A stretch of DNA of 64,000 bases from Balanoglossus misakiensis. Taxonomy: Eukaryota > Animalia > Hemichordata. Below are positions 24,801 to 38,855 of this stretch, one piece after another. The stretch's first letter is position 1. Every line of letters begins with the position of its first letter. The DNA lies in assembly GCA_040954595.2 (NCBI GenBank), contig CM082597.2, positions 5,213,244-5,277,243 of the forward strand, written 5' to 3'. Position numbers and translations under genes: made by a program. Under the pieces are notes generated by a model. That model saw nothing but the letters and a program-made list of their open reading frames with translations, was not told where the DNA came from and made no database searches.

Positions 24801-27685
24801 ATGTCCAAATTCAGGATTTTATCGCTGGCTTTTCTGACCGTGACGCTCAGCGTATCAGCAGGTAAATCAAATACACATTGCTTCAACAAGTTCGCATTAT
24901 TGTTGATGTAAACATATCTCAAATCCGCCCTATATACGAGACCCAGTGAATGATGAAGTTTACAGTAACATGAACGAAGATCAAGGATAATTCAGTAAAT
25001 AAGTTGCAGAATACAACAAGATAAATATTTGTACAGTACACGGCACATGATGCTATGTCTAAAAATAGTTGACGACTTTATTTTTGCGACTGAGTATAAA
25101 TAACAATTTCGTCAGACTTAATTTTAGATTTTTTTATATCGGTCTTCACAGTTTGTATACTATGGTGAATGATCGCCTGAGAATATTTAAACTATTAAGT
25201 ATTTCAAATAGCAACATGGAAGCCGTGGCGTCAGAAAATTCCAATAGTTATGATGTGTATTAGAATTAAATCAATAAACACGATATAGGTTCTAAATCGT
25301 GGATTGCCATCAGATAACTTCAACTTACAGTATTATGACAAAGTTATTGGGAAAGGCGTGATATATTCTTCTAATTTGAATCGGTTTCAAAAGCTTGCAG
25401 TAGACATTCGAATGCGGTTTGTTGTATTTTTGGCTAAAAATAAAACAAATCGGTGTTAATTTTACTTTCAGTGGGTGTGGGTGGGATTAGTTTAATAATA
25501 TAATCCCACACACCAATTACTTGGGATCAGATGTCTCACACGAGTTGTTTAGAAGTATCCTCGATGAGTGGGAAAGTTTATCGTGTCCTGGGGGTGTGAG
25601 ATTCTATTTCTGACGCGCACAAAATATTTGCTACATTCGCATTAGAAACTTTGGATCATTGGCTGTGTACCTTCTGATACGTCGTGGTTTCTGCCCATAT
25701 ATATTACATATCGCGCTATTGGATAACATTTCACGTGAGTTAATTAACGAACGATTAGTATCCAATCAGCGCTCGTGTGATATAACGCTTTCGACTCTGT
25801 GGCTAAAAGGTTGGAGAAAGTAGAGCCTATTACCGCTATGATTGTAACTTTCAGTTCGCGTTGGTAAAATTGTTGGTATTGATGACTGAACTAATAGCTG
25901 GATGTGGTTATATCATAATGTGACTTGTTAAATTGTATTTTGAACACGTGTCACACCCGCGTGTTATATTGTACAGGTACAAAAGGTACTGATCAATTGT
26001 CAAACGATACCATACTTCGTTCATTGACATACTCCGTTAGTTAATTTCGGATACGGTGCAGTAGATAACCCGTCCTCCCAGTAATAAATATGCCTCCGAT
26101 ACTTCAGCAAACGCGCGCGGCCGTACAACTTCAAGTTCGCCCACCCAAGAGATCCGTGTGTTTCTTGACAACAAAAGTTTGATTGTATGCGTGTTATTTT
26201 GGGAACCACTCTCCTATGACCCGGAACAACATATCAATGCTTCAACAATGAACATTCGTGATCTGCAGTTTAGGGCAGCGTGGTGTCATTTTACTTCCTG
26301 CTCAAACGTGGGAAATACATTCCTAAGACCCGAAACAAAGCTAATGCTCCAAGAAAGAACATTCGTGACTTTGTTGTTTAGGAAAAATAATATGTTCGTT
26401 TAGTTCGTGCTCATATCTTGCTGGTACATAGGGATCACATTGTAACTACACGGAAGTAGTTTCGACGACATGGCACGATTTCTAACGCATGGCAAATAAT
26501 CTCTTAAGTCACGAGACGTTGATATTTCGGTGTGACACACACTTTCTGATTCGTCACTTGCGGTGTCTTCGCTGCTAATCAACCAATCAACCCCATTGTA
26601 AGGTGTCAACATCATGAAAGCGTGTCAAACCACTGTGATAGTGGAGAATATAATACATGAATCAGAACTGTCACCGGGACAGCGATACCGTGTCCATGTA
26701 TGATTAAAAGGGCGTGTCAAAGTCTCATAATGACCATGACACTCTTTCTCTGTCTGTCTCTCCGTCATTAACACGACTGGCAACCTGAAAAAACTGCGGA
26801 AATTGAATTGTACCAAATCACACATTTTTCTATATTTTCAGCTGTTGTGAAGTTAGAGGATGGCAGCAGCCTGTCTTTCAACGTGTCTTCAGGGGACGCA
26901 GCAACCCTAGCTTGTCCGGCGTACAAACCAACCGAGTCCTATTCAACCACCTCGCTACAGTGGCGCAGAGAACTCGATAGACCGTTCCCCCACGACACCG
27001 AAGTACTCCTTGTACTCATCAATGGGACCGAGCTCAGCGTTGTCCACGGCCGCTACTCGCTGCAGCACGGAACCAATCTGGTCATCGGGAATCCCACGGC
27101 AGCCGACGGGGGGCGCTACTACTGCCAGTGGATTTACCGACTCCGGAACCGTTACGATCTGAAACGCTTCCGGGTGACGCTATACTACCATGCCGGTAAC
27201 GGTACAAATCTTATTCTGTCCACAGGTGTAGGACTGCCCGTGTTTCATGTGAATTCCCTGATCGAAAATACCAATGAAATCAGCCATTTAATGTCTCATT
27301 TCAGATTTTCGTTAAAATATCTAATTTTCTGATAATTAACCCTGGCATATCTTTATTTACTCATATGATCCAGTGATAGATACAAATCAAAGCACCTGTA
27401 AATGTTATCTTATTCTTTAAACCACTAACCTTATTATATCATGTTTGTCCCTCAGGCGCTGGAAATCCCGTCCGTGTACTGGAGGGTGATACTACTCGAC
27501 GAGAAGATCAAGGGTCTGCTGTCAAATGTCCTGTGATTTTGTGGAACAAAATTTGCATCGTGGCCGCTCTGGTGTTCATTGCCTTTGTCTTTTTCTGTGT
27601 GCTAAAATATAAATCGCCAAAGAAGGTTGTCGTCAATGTTGGGAATGAAACTGGGGCCAGAGACTTCCACGAAATGAAGCTGTAA
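24801..27685 (+). CDS. Single V-set Ig-domain type I membrane protein
   Basis: Exons 24801-24861 (signal peptide), 26842-27195 (ATLAC...LQW...YSL...LVI...ADGGRYYC) and 27456-27685 (TM ICIVAALVFIAFVFFCVL, tail ending DFHEMKL). Phase-1 introns join in frame. Confidence 0.88.
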
Positions 27686-29508
27686 GACACACACGCCACC
27701 ACTATAATAACTCAGCGTGTATAGTAATTCTCACTACATTAAATAGCTTTTTGCTACCTAGGTGAGTGATGAAAATCTCGTATGGCCGGCAAAATTTCAA
27801 GATGGCGGATTTTTGCCATGTATAGCAGAAGGAAGTGACGATGGTTAATTCAATGTTTCAAGCAAGTGAACCTATTTCAGGTTACCCAGAAGACAATTGT
27901 TACTATGCAAACTACCTTTCATTTCAATGCTTAATCATGTGCAGGTGTATGTTAACCTGTATGCAAATTCACTAATTTTGACTGGTGGCAGCACAAACAT
28001 AGGCTATCGATTATTCTAAGTAGACATGCCATTATATCAGATAATTGTAATACACGTTATATACTGTATTGACAGATGTTATGAACACTGTCACATTATA
28101 AACCAGAAATTCATGTTGAATTTGTAATAAACTACAATGGAATTAAACTATTTTTTTTTCAAAGCATCACGCAGTAAAATATCTCTTGTCTCTAGATTGA
28201 ACCGTCACATTCAACTCGAGCGTATTCACCAAATTTGAATAACAAATCACAGAGAGATGGCGTCTGTTGCCTAGCAGCGGGCGAGGCCCCTGCCGCGACG
28301 TCCTGCTCGTTGAACAGTCAGAATAAAAATAGACCTTAAAATCCGCCACTCAGCTGTGACACGTTTCCATTCTGAAAATATATTTTGGTGGAATGAACAC
28401 TCGCAACAGCTCGCCTGGCTCCGTCATGGTACTTATACTAAATCGGAACTGTTGCATGCATGCACGCACATCTGTGGATATGCGCTCGCCCTTTCATAAC
28501 CCAGTCCCAATAAGGTCACTGCAGTTTACCGATATCGATTATTCGGCAATATATAGACCCACTACGGTAAACCATGGCGTGGAGGGAATATCAACTCAGA
28601 GAGTCACAGTCTTTAGGTACTGGTCCTAGCTCTGCGTACAGGTCTGTGTGTTCCCGGCGTTACACGTACGGCCGGGAACACACAGACCTGTACGCAGGGT
28701 TAGTACTGGTCCATGCTTCCACGCACAGCAGCCTGCAGTGTATACATGTACATGTATGTTGAACGAGTGGTTCTGAAATCGGTAATGCTTGTCAGCACTA
28801 ATAACTCAAATGGTAAAGTAGGGGCCTTTTGTAGCGATTTTATAATGTCATTTTATTGACGGCAGTTCATTGGCCTGCCCACGTATCGTTTTGCATGACT
28901 CCATTTTGATTTCATTCAACCGTGGCAATTCACGTATCGCAAACTGCCAATCACTTGGGGGAAACGGCACGCTTTGTAGTCGTAAAATATTTACATTCGT
29001 GTGTGTGGACAACGAGATCGCATTTTGTGCGTCTGCCGGCGCAGACTGACGTCACGACCCAAGCAGTAGTCATCCGAACATCCTGACGACCAAATAAGCA
29101 TTTTCTGTTCCGTTGATGTAGTTGTACGACAGCCGAGCGAGGCATTTTCCCGCCCGGGGCCGTGGCTATCGGACGAAAGAGGTAAATCAATTAATCAATT
29201 AACCTGTTGTGTTTAATTTTACGAGTACATTTTAATACCTTTTGATCTTAAGACTGGGATTACCGAACGAACACTTCTGGGTCTATTCCTAAACCAATTG
29301 ATGGATTTGTCCATTTTGCAACGACACAGCATTGGGCAGCCGACATGACAGCCTCTACGTTCCAGAGTATAAAATGAATTCCAAAATACTTTATTGTTCC
29401 TGTTTACTTTTTTTGTCACGTTCACACTTTATTATCAAAAGGAGCTGACACTTAAAAATAATGACTGTTAAGAAGAAGTAGTTCAGGCCAGACTGTTCTT
29501 GGCTGTTA

Positions 29509-29767
29509 GGGGTGGACCATTTAATGTCCTGGGGGTGGGGTCTGGATGAGTTTCGAGAAAAAAAATGGTTCCCAACAAATGTCATTGAAAATCAAATTCA
29601 GCCAGAGAAGAAAAAAGTGGCAAACTAAGGTGAAAGAAACCCACCTAACGACGAGTGCAAAACAGTTGCCAGAAATCCGAGTGATAAAATGACAAGTGAA
29701 TCAGTTACAAAAAAGATACTTCATCAATTTTCCAGCCCCCTCCCCAGGATACCAAATGGTCCACCCC
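29509..29767. mobile_element. PIF/Harbinger-like MITE
   Basis: TIRs GGGGTGGACCATTT...AAATGGTCCACCCC with TTA on both sides (29506-29508 and 29768-29770). Confidence 0.7.
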
Positions 29768-30113
29768 TTATCGTTCACGATCAGACGATTACTACGCTGT
29801 TGTTTGTATACGTCAAATGCCGGACGGTATCTACCCCGTATGCATTCCGCCGTCTGCTACGTCACGAGAACACACGGCACGGAATGTAGAACTGTGCGTA
29901 TGCGTGGGATACGCCGGAAATTCCTTTGTGAGGTTGAGGTCGAGCGAAAAGATGACTATATATGACACGCGCATTCTGTCCCAGAGTGCAATCGGACAGA
30001 ATGCAATCAGATGTTGTAAATTGTATAATCAGAATTCAGTACTTTCACTAAGCTAATTGCAAATGTCACTTTTAGGTCATATGATTCGTTTCCACGGCGA
30101 CGGATCTGTTAAG

Positions 30114-33100
30114 ATGCTACGTAGAGGGAGACGAGTTACACTCGTTGTCATGGCGATCGTGATGGCGGTGCTCCTGATACACAGACGGCAGGAAGTGACG
30201 ACAGCAGGTGTGGAGAGCGCCTGGTTCCTGAGGCCCTTTAGGGATGTAAGTGAAAGCGGACACGGCCAAGCTCTCTCGCTGAAAAAATATTCAGGCAATG
30301 CAACTCCAATGCAATGGAACCCCCAGAAGAAGTACAGACTGTCAAAATTCAAGGAAATCTTACACTTGGTCGAACACCGGAAACCTCAAACGACACTTCA
30401 GTTCAACGGTACCTGTATAGTTGAAGATGGTTTGTTTTGGTCACATGACATTGAGAACGTCGTTTCTGCAGGTATGTGGGGTCATCCTGACCTTGTCCTA
30501 TATAGTGAAGGCACCATTCGAAATATTTACTCACATACCGTGTCTAAATAATGACAATAATTGTACAAAATATGCCCTTAGTTGTTAAAATATGCTCTTA
30601 GTTGTTACGTTTGTAACCACTTTTGTCGCTTTGACTTTTGAATTAGAATTAGACCACAGGGAATTTGATTTAGATTAGCTAAATTGTTTCCTGCCTACGG
30701 ACGTCGACATGTTTTTCTGTACGAGATTAACTAATAATATAATAAGTACTGTGTATGCGCCTGGAAAATAAGTCTTAATTCAACTGTTTCCTTATATTTT
30801 GCGAAGGGTAAATTTAGATAAGTCTCTTTTAAAATACAGGACAAAATTTAGGGGTCATCGTGCAGAATTTGGAATGACACATGTGGCTGCCACTCTATGT
30901 GTCAACTATCTGGAGAAAATATAAAGTTGCGATTTTTGTGAATACAAGAGAATCAATTGAATGTCCTTTCGTTTCTGTGAAAAGCTAAGGCCATGTAATT
31001 TCAGTGTCGGGTACTTTCCCACGGTATTTTAACTTTTTAACAAATTGACTTTGACGGTACCCGCTACTATGTTGCCACTTTGCCCGTGCGCGATCATTTA
31101 ACCAGGTTCCCACGGTAAAATTCGAAACGTTTCAGAGACACTTTTTGCCTATGGTAGACACAGAGCATTAATCCTTTGAGTAGCCTCGTGTCCACACACA
31201 CAAAGTTTATGAGTGGGCGCTGATGCTCAGCCCCATAGACAATGGGTTGCGGAGAGGTGTTGATCCTTGCACCAGCTCAGGTCTGGCCAGCAAAGCCGTC
31301 TCAAAACTGCGACGTTTCAGGACCAGTTAAACCATTTACACATAATAATTTGTGCCAGTATTTGACCTGACATGTTTCAGGAACGTCTTAACAGATAATG
31401 TATGATAAACGAAAGGAGAAAAAAATCATTGTCATAATTATGGCTTTACATGCAAATAAGCAGTGCATGTCCACAATATGCAAATAAGCAATACATGTCC
31501 ACAAATCAATCACAGTACTCAGTTTTGCCTCACATTCTCGTTCACAGGAAATGACGACAACAGAGACATAAGTGAAGAAACTAGATTTTTGAGGGACTCT
31601 GTCATTGCTGGAATCTCTGACCAATATATCGGTGGAAGAGGTTCCAATTATCTGCTCTATCTCAAGGATGGAACTAAGCTGATTGCTAGGCATCGCACAA
31701 AATGTCTTGCTATAGGTAAAGCTAACTCGCGCTGTAGTATTTTATAACGTGATTCATGTCTTCTTATTCTTCACCATGTTTTATGTACTTGGGTAGGTTA
31801 TGGCCGCCATTTTAACAGCTTCGTGGAAACTTTGCCAATTAAGTTATGTGAGACGTTCATATGATGAAATTTGTTCACCAATGCATTTACAGTAAAGCGC
31901 ACTTTAAGGCTTATTGTTCTTAGTATGACCAGTTTCGTGTCTATGATAGTATCATGCATAATTTGTGGGAGTCTGCAGATTGCAAGTCAGTCCGACATAA
32001 TTTCCGTTAAAATATATTGTTTACCAGCATGAAGCTTTGAGCCGATTTTTAAATTTTATAATTTTGATCGGAATAATGCTGATGTGTTTTGATTATTACA
32101 ATATCAAAATGTTTATAAGCCTACAATGTACATATTTCAGATCGGAAGATGAATTAAATCCAAGCAAAATAATTATTTCTGTATATTCATTATGACTGTC
32201 TCATAAAATCAAAAGTCGAGCAACAAGCTACAAAATAACTTTCAATACATTGTTATGGTAATGCTAGGTCAAATGGTAGGTCAAATGCCGTACACGTACA
32301 AGACTCGCATCTCAAGAAATACGACTTTTTCCTGATTCTCAGACTGGGCTACCCTATAGCAGGAGAAACTATTTTCCACTATTGGGGGCGGAGCTTGTAT
32401 CACGTGGGCTGGTTGCATATATAGTGACTCCCCTCGACATAAACGGCAGACGAGACATGGCGGTTGAACTGTGAGCATCTTGCTCTCGGTTGCAGTGATC
32501 TGAATTCGTACTTTACCTCTATCTTTCTTACATTTTCGTTCAAACCTTTCTCCATGTTTGTGGGAACACTTTGTCTGTAACCTCTGACGGTTTTAGTTGT
32601 CTACGGATCGTAATTCCGAGGTTTTTCTTTGTATTTGGGTGAGCGCAACGGTCAGGTCCTCCGGTCTTTTCAGCACATCTCTCAGCGCACGTTCTGCCGT
32701 GCACAGGGTATATCGAACCGGGACTTGTAACGGACCGGTCTACGCCGTCAAGGTTCGATCGTGTTACGTTTACGCGACCGCTGAGTTGCCTGTTAGGTCC
32801 AAAGATTGTCATTCACTAAGGCTTGACAAATTTGGGGCCTCAGTCCGACGGAATTACCGTTTCTTTCATTGGTGGCATTGCAGGATAAGATTTGTGCTGC
32901 TCGTTCGTTCAGTCTGCGTTTTGTAGCTGCAGACTTTCTTTGGGTGTTGCTTCCATTGTTCTTATGCATTGTTGCTAAATTGTTGAATAGCGTTATTGAT
33001 TTTTTTCTGTTTAGTATACCTCGCGCGTGCACTATAAAACTCCAGGTCGGTCTGTGGAGGCGTCCAATTTATATCAACCTGACGACTTTATGGATTTGCC

Positions 33101-35945
33101 ACCTCTAATGTTATTATCTGATGGGGAAGTGAGTGATGAAGTGCAGAATTAAAGCGATCTAACTTCATTTTTCGCAGGTCCCCCATATTAAATGCTTATT
33201 GTCTCAGTATGACCAGTTTCGTGTCTGTGATAGTATCATGTATAATTTGTGGGAGTCTGCAGATTGCAAGTCAGTCCTTCATAATTTCCGTTAAAATATA
33301 TTGTTTACCAGCATGAAGCTTTGAGCCGATTTTTAATTTTATAATTTTGATCGGAATAATGCTGATGTGTTTTGATTATTACAATATAACAACGTTTATA
33401 AGCCTACAATGTACATATTTCAGATCGGAAGGAATTAAATTAAATCCAAACAAAATAATTATTTCTGTATATTCATTATGACTGTCTCATATAATCAAAA
33501 GTCGCGCAACACGCTACAAAATAACTTTCAATACATTGTTATGGTAATGCTAGGTCAAATGCCGGACACGTACGAGACTCAGATCTCAAGAAATGCGACT
33601 TTTTCCTGATTCTCAGACTGGGCTACCCTATAGCAGGAGAAACTATTTTCCACTAATTGGGGGCGGAGCTTGTATCACGTGGGCTGGTTGCATATATAGT
33701 GACTCCCCGCGGCATCAACGGCAGACGAGACATGGCCGTTGAACTGTGAGCATCATGCTCTCGGTTGCAGTGATCTGAATTCGTTCTTTACCTCTATCTT
33801 TCTTATATTTTCGTTCAAACCTTTCTCCACGTTTGTGGGAACACTTTGTCTGTAACCTCTGAGAGTTTTAGTTGTCCACGGATCGTAATTACTGTTTTTT
33901 TATTGGTATTTGTGTGAGCGCAACGCTCAGGTCGGTCGGCCGGTCTTTTCAGCACATCTCTCAGCGCATGTTCTGCCGTGCGCAAGGTATATCGACCCAT
34001 GACTTGTAACGGACCGGTCTACGCCGTCAAGGCTCGATCGTGCTACGTTTACGCTACCGTTGAGTTGCCTGTTAGGTCCAAGGTTCGTCATTCACTAAGG
34101 CTTGACAAATTTGGGGCCTCAGTCCGACGGAATTTCCGTTTCATTGGTGACATTGCGTGATATGATTTGTACTGCTCATTCGTTCAGTCTGCATTTTGTA
34201 GCTGCAGACTTTCCTTGGGTGTTGCTTCCGTTGTTCGTATACATTGTTGCTACATTGTTGAATAGCGTTATTGATTTATTTTCCTGTTTAGTATACCTCG
34301 CGCGTGCACTATAAAACTCCAGGTCGGTCTGTGGAGGCGTCCAATGTATATCAACCTGATGACTTTATGGATTTGCCACCTCTAATATTATTACCTGATG
34401 GGCAAGTGAGCGATGAAGTGCAGAATTAAAGCGAGTCAATTTCATTTCTCACAAGCCCCCCATAGACCCCTATTTAAAATGTGGTAGGCAAAAAATATGT
34501 GCTTATGTTAACATATCTAACTCTAGCGACTTGTAAACATTTGAGATAATTTTCACAATTTTGTGTGACCATGGAGGTACCAAAGAGACAAATATTTACA
34601 TATGGTAAATGTTTTGTGACCAAATCTTAACTTTTACAGCCGAAGTCGCTACATTCTATATGTCCCGGTTACTTGGAATGACCAACGTGCCGGCTACGGT
34701 CGTAACAAAACCAAACCCCGCCAGCCTACAATGGAATCATCCCAAAGTGCGTCCGCGACTCGACAGTATCGGTTGGCAAGCAGATGACTACGTCACTTTG
34801 AGTGTATGGATCAAGAACTTGGCGGAAAAGTAATTACCATATCTTGCCTGACATCTGTCTGTCAATATTTTTAACATGTCAATTAATAATGTTAAAACTT
34901 CCAATATTGGGCTCATCGCTTGATAGGTCACGTTTATGATCCCTATATTAACATTTTTCGTCCTATCAGTTTTTCATTTCCAGATGTTTTGCTGAAAGGG
35001 GACAAAAATATCCATCCCCATAATGCAATGCTGCAGGATATGACGTTATTGGAATTAAATTATCTTGCCCAGTGGACAGATATGGTGGTTCTGGATTTTA
35101 TCACTCTTCACACTGACAGGTGAGAATATAGTGTTCCATTTGTAGACTTTCTACTATTGATCAAGGCAGGTGGTGTATAATTCCTCCAACAGAGACAGAT
35201 CAACTGCTTGAGAAGTATTCACACAGTAATGAATTGCAGTTTTCTTAACTCTTGTTTTAATTTCAATGACATTTGTCAATGAAATTTGTCAAATTCCATT
35301 TGCATTCCAATATCTATATCTTTACACTTCTTGTACCGCCAGGGAAGAAATTCAATGGAGTTTGTTTTTGTCTTGTTTAGGATGATACATTCTTATCATT
35401 AAATCATCCATAGCAATCTACTGAGACCACGGGTGGCTTGTCCGTTTCAATAGGGAATTTTCAGTGGTCTTCTTACACATTGAATGCACTTTCTTCTCAA
35501 AACATTTCCGGAACTTTTTGCCAGGGTTACCCGTGCACTTCGAACTATAGACGGCGCCATCAAAGACCCATGGCTACTTAATGTCAAAATTAAGAATCTG
35601 GTGCGCAAAAGAAGTAAACTATTGCTGATTGACAACGAGGCAGCCGCTTCTTTCTCCTCGAAGATTACGCCGCCAGCGGTAGATCGTTTGTACCACCTTC
35701 GTTTGCTTAATTCGACCTGTGTGTTCCGGCGATCAACTGTGGAGAGGTTGTTATGGCTACGTTACTATGGCGATGTCGGTGGTTTACTGACCAAGATCAT
35801 TGCGGATGAAGAGACGTATATTAATTCCGATGATATACGACTGTGTAAGAATGATTTGTCTAATGTGATATTCGATCGGATTGATCGTGTTTACCGGCAT
35901 ATATTGACATGTTTTCAAGACAAACACCTCAGTGGAGAGATGTAA
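30114..35945 (+). CDS. Four-jointed (FJX1-like) Golgi type II membrane kinase
   Basis: Exons 30114(or 30081)-30471, 31548-31715, 34640-34829, 34970-35119 and 35525-35945 join in frame. N-terminal signal anchor; motifs VEDGLFWS, GRGSN..DGTK, AEVATFYMSRLLG..VP, QWTDMVVLDFIT..TDR, LLLIDNEA and CVFRRSTVERL. Confidence 0.88.
31909..34463. repeat. Head-to-tail tandem duplication of a ~1.28 kb repeat unit in intron 2 of the four-jointed-like gene
   Basis: Units start GCTTATTGT...AGTATGACCAGTTTCGTGTC at about 31909 and 33195 and are colinear with scattered substitutions. Confidence 0.9.
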
Positions 35946-36073
35946 AGATTCTGTCAGGTGGATTTTACAGGATAATGTATTGAGCAAAAGGGAGAGGGAG
36001 GGAAAGAGAGTGGGGGATGAATGGAGAGTGGAGGCAAGGATGGTATGGGTGGATTATGTGAATGGGATAACCA

Positions 36074-36111
36074 ATGAATGAATGAATGAATGAATGAATG
36101 AATGAATGAAT
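36074..36111. repeat. (GAAT)n microsatellite
   Basis: Read directly from the sequence. Confidence 0.9.
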
Positions 36112-36863
36112 GCTGTAACAACAATGAATTTGGTGTTTATTCAAACAATTATTATTTACAGTAAAATATCCTTGGTGTATTCTGCACCTGCTACTATGTG
36201 ACATTTACTTAGATTTCGTTCCCTGATAGTCGGACCAATGTAGGTCAAACACAGGGCCAGACTTGGCAATATATAATGATACAATAGTACTGAACACATG
36301 TTTCACGAATGTTTTACTATTTTTCATCACCGTTTGCGAAAAATCACAATGTTTTCAAGAACTACATGCATTATATGATGTTTCTGAGATAGCTTATTGT
36401 TGAAAGTGAACAATATGTCCAGATTAATGCGTCTCAAATAAAGAATAAAACTTTGCAGTAAGAATAACCTTATTCACTTGACTTGTATGGTAAAACTTCC
36501 CCTCCTTAGACTAAACACCCTTTATGCTCCAACTGATCATGTAAAATATAATATTTCCGAAAGTTCCGATACGTCAGAAGAGTTTCGATACAGTGCAATC
36601 GGTGCATGAATGGATGATGGATATTGTTAGTAATACTGATGTTGGGGAAGGGGTCATTGCCTTCAGAGATGATTTTCAAGCATAAGATTTGCTTTACGAT
36701 ATCTTTCTCAGAGTTGCTAAAGTTTCTTACTTTTGAGGCGTTTTCCAATTTATGAATCTTAGAATTAGAAACTGTAATTCTCTCCCACACTATCTGTGGG
36801 AAGAGAGTTGTATTATCTATGATCTCCTTCTCCAGTTGATTTACCAACTGGCCTCTCTGTTAA

Positions 36864-37658
36864 GATGGGTCCCTAGGATCTTTTTGCCCGTTGCTATGGG
36901 CCTTTATAGGACATTACACCCCGATTTGGACTAAGCCGTTTTCAGAGTCTAACAAGGGGCTGGTAACTAGTTAAAAATACGCACGATTGTGAGCGCGCGC
37001 CCCCTGACGCCATTGATATGCAAATTAGTTAGGTCAAATTTCAAAAGCCTAAGGCTTTTTATTCCGTGACCTCAAAAACGAACTTGATACGTATTCATTA
37101 GTTGCTTGAACCAGGGAAGATCGTGACGGATTTTGTTTTCGAATATTATCGTTGTATCCTACGATTTCAGCATACCCGTACCACACCTGAAAAAGTCATC
37201 GATTTTGGGTGTTTTTGGACGCACTCTTCCACTGGTATCGCTTCTTAGCACGACGAAAACCGAAAAAACGATCCGTCACACTATGCGGAAGTGCGTTCTC
37301 AACAAGCAGGTCAAATTTGGCTGGCCTACGTCGCCTGTGAAAAAAGCCTTAGGGATTTTCGTGAACGGTACAAAATCTCTGTGTACAAAACATTGGATTT
37401 TTAGCGTTCGATCCAGTTACTGTGGTTACAGGACGCGCACGCTATCGCTGACCGCTGCTTTGCCGTATTAGCGTGGCGGCCTATGGCGGGGCGGTAGCTG
37501 CCGTAAACATACTCAGACAGGGGGTGTGCACACAATCGTGTGTATTTTTAACTAGTTACAAGCCCCTTGTCGGACGTTCATAACGGTTTCGATCAAAATT
37601 GAGTGTAGTGTCCTATAAAGGCCCATAGCAACGAGCAAAAAGATCCTAGGGACCCATC
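36864..37658. mobile_element. Non-autonomous TIR DNA transposon with TTAA TSD (Kolobok-like)
   Basis: About 140 bp imperfect TIRs starting GATGGGTCCCTAGGATCTTTTTGC; TTAA at 36860-36863 and 37659-37662. Confidence 0.8.
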
Positions 37659-38855
37659 TTAAGGCAGAATTGTCTGCTGCGAAATGGAGCCGAGACTTCT
37701 GTTAAGACTTCCGGCCACAAATTGCATTCTCACACTGTCCGCACACAAGGCCACACTCCCGCCAAAATCGTTCAAGTGGTATTAAGGTCATAACCTCCTC
37801 GCCCAGTTCATGTTGACTCATGTAAGGTTTTGGCGCCACTTCAAATATCTGAATCGCGCCGTTGTACTATTGTACCGTATGTTATCAAATGTGGGCCGTC
37901 AGTCATATATCAAAGGGTGTCGGTCGAACGCACGTAGGCAACTCAGAGTTTGGCGGTAAACATCCCATTCAACTGTGTTACTTCACATAAAACTTAAAAA
38001 TAATTTCACGTCAAAACAAAATAAAAAGCCCACCGAAATATGACGAATAATTATCTAGGTCCACTACCTGAATTTTAGCGTACATGATTATCTAAGCATC
38101 GATATTTTCGCCTTTAGAGTCCTTCGTTTTGTTTTGAACTTTGAAACTTAAGAAATGCTTCAAAATGACCGGCCACAAATTGCATTCATGCGGTCAATAA
38201 GTTACTCATGAAATCATAAAGAGAAGTATATGCAAGCTAAGTACTATTTTAAGTGGTGTTTACTGTATGGAGGATCAGACGAGTGTACACCTCATCCAGC
38301 AACCGACATCAGTCCGCTACATGGAAAGCGCAAATCCAAGCCAAACCAGTCACGCCGTTGTTCCCTATGGACCTCACAGAGATCCGAGCATGGCTACAAG
38401 CAGAAGCCAAGCCTTGGGGTAGGTAGATTAATATAATCGATGCAAAATGTCTTCAGTTTTTCTAAAAATGGTGAAGAATCACTCATATTAGAGCAGCACA
38501 TGTAAAGCCTTCTGTACATATTTCGTTAAAAAAAATTAAAATAATGATAATTATCTATAAGTCTCACATTACAATGATTGAAAAGAAAAATACATAGCCG
38601 TCTGCACATAATTATATGGCGTTGTAGCAGGCAACCGCGAAATTATCCCATGAATGTGAATGACTGTTCATGATTGAAAATTTATTTTACTTTTCCACTA
38701 GTGTGTAATTTTCAGAAATCCTTTCGTTAGGAGTCAACAGAAATACACTTTATGCATGTAAAACATTGAAATTATTACGTAGCTTTTGTCCAGTCAGCTC
38801 ACTGTAACACCGCAAGCGCATACAATTTCTGGAGCGTTGCATGTGTAGTAATAGG

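Noticed and set aside
36506-36847. 113 aa minus-strand ORF next to the TTAA transposon
   Set aside because: Possibly a mobile-element relic, but I recognise no domain, so no call is supported.
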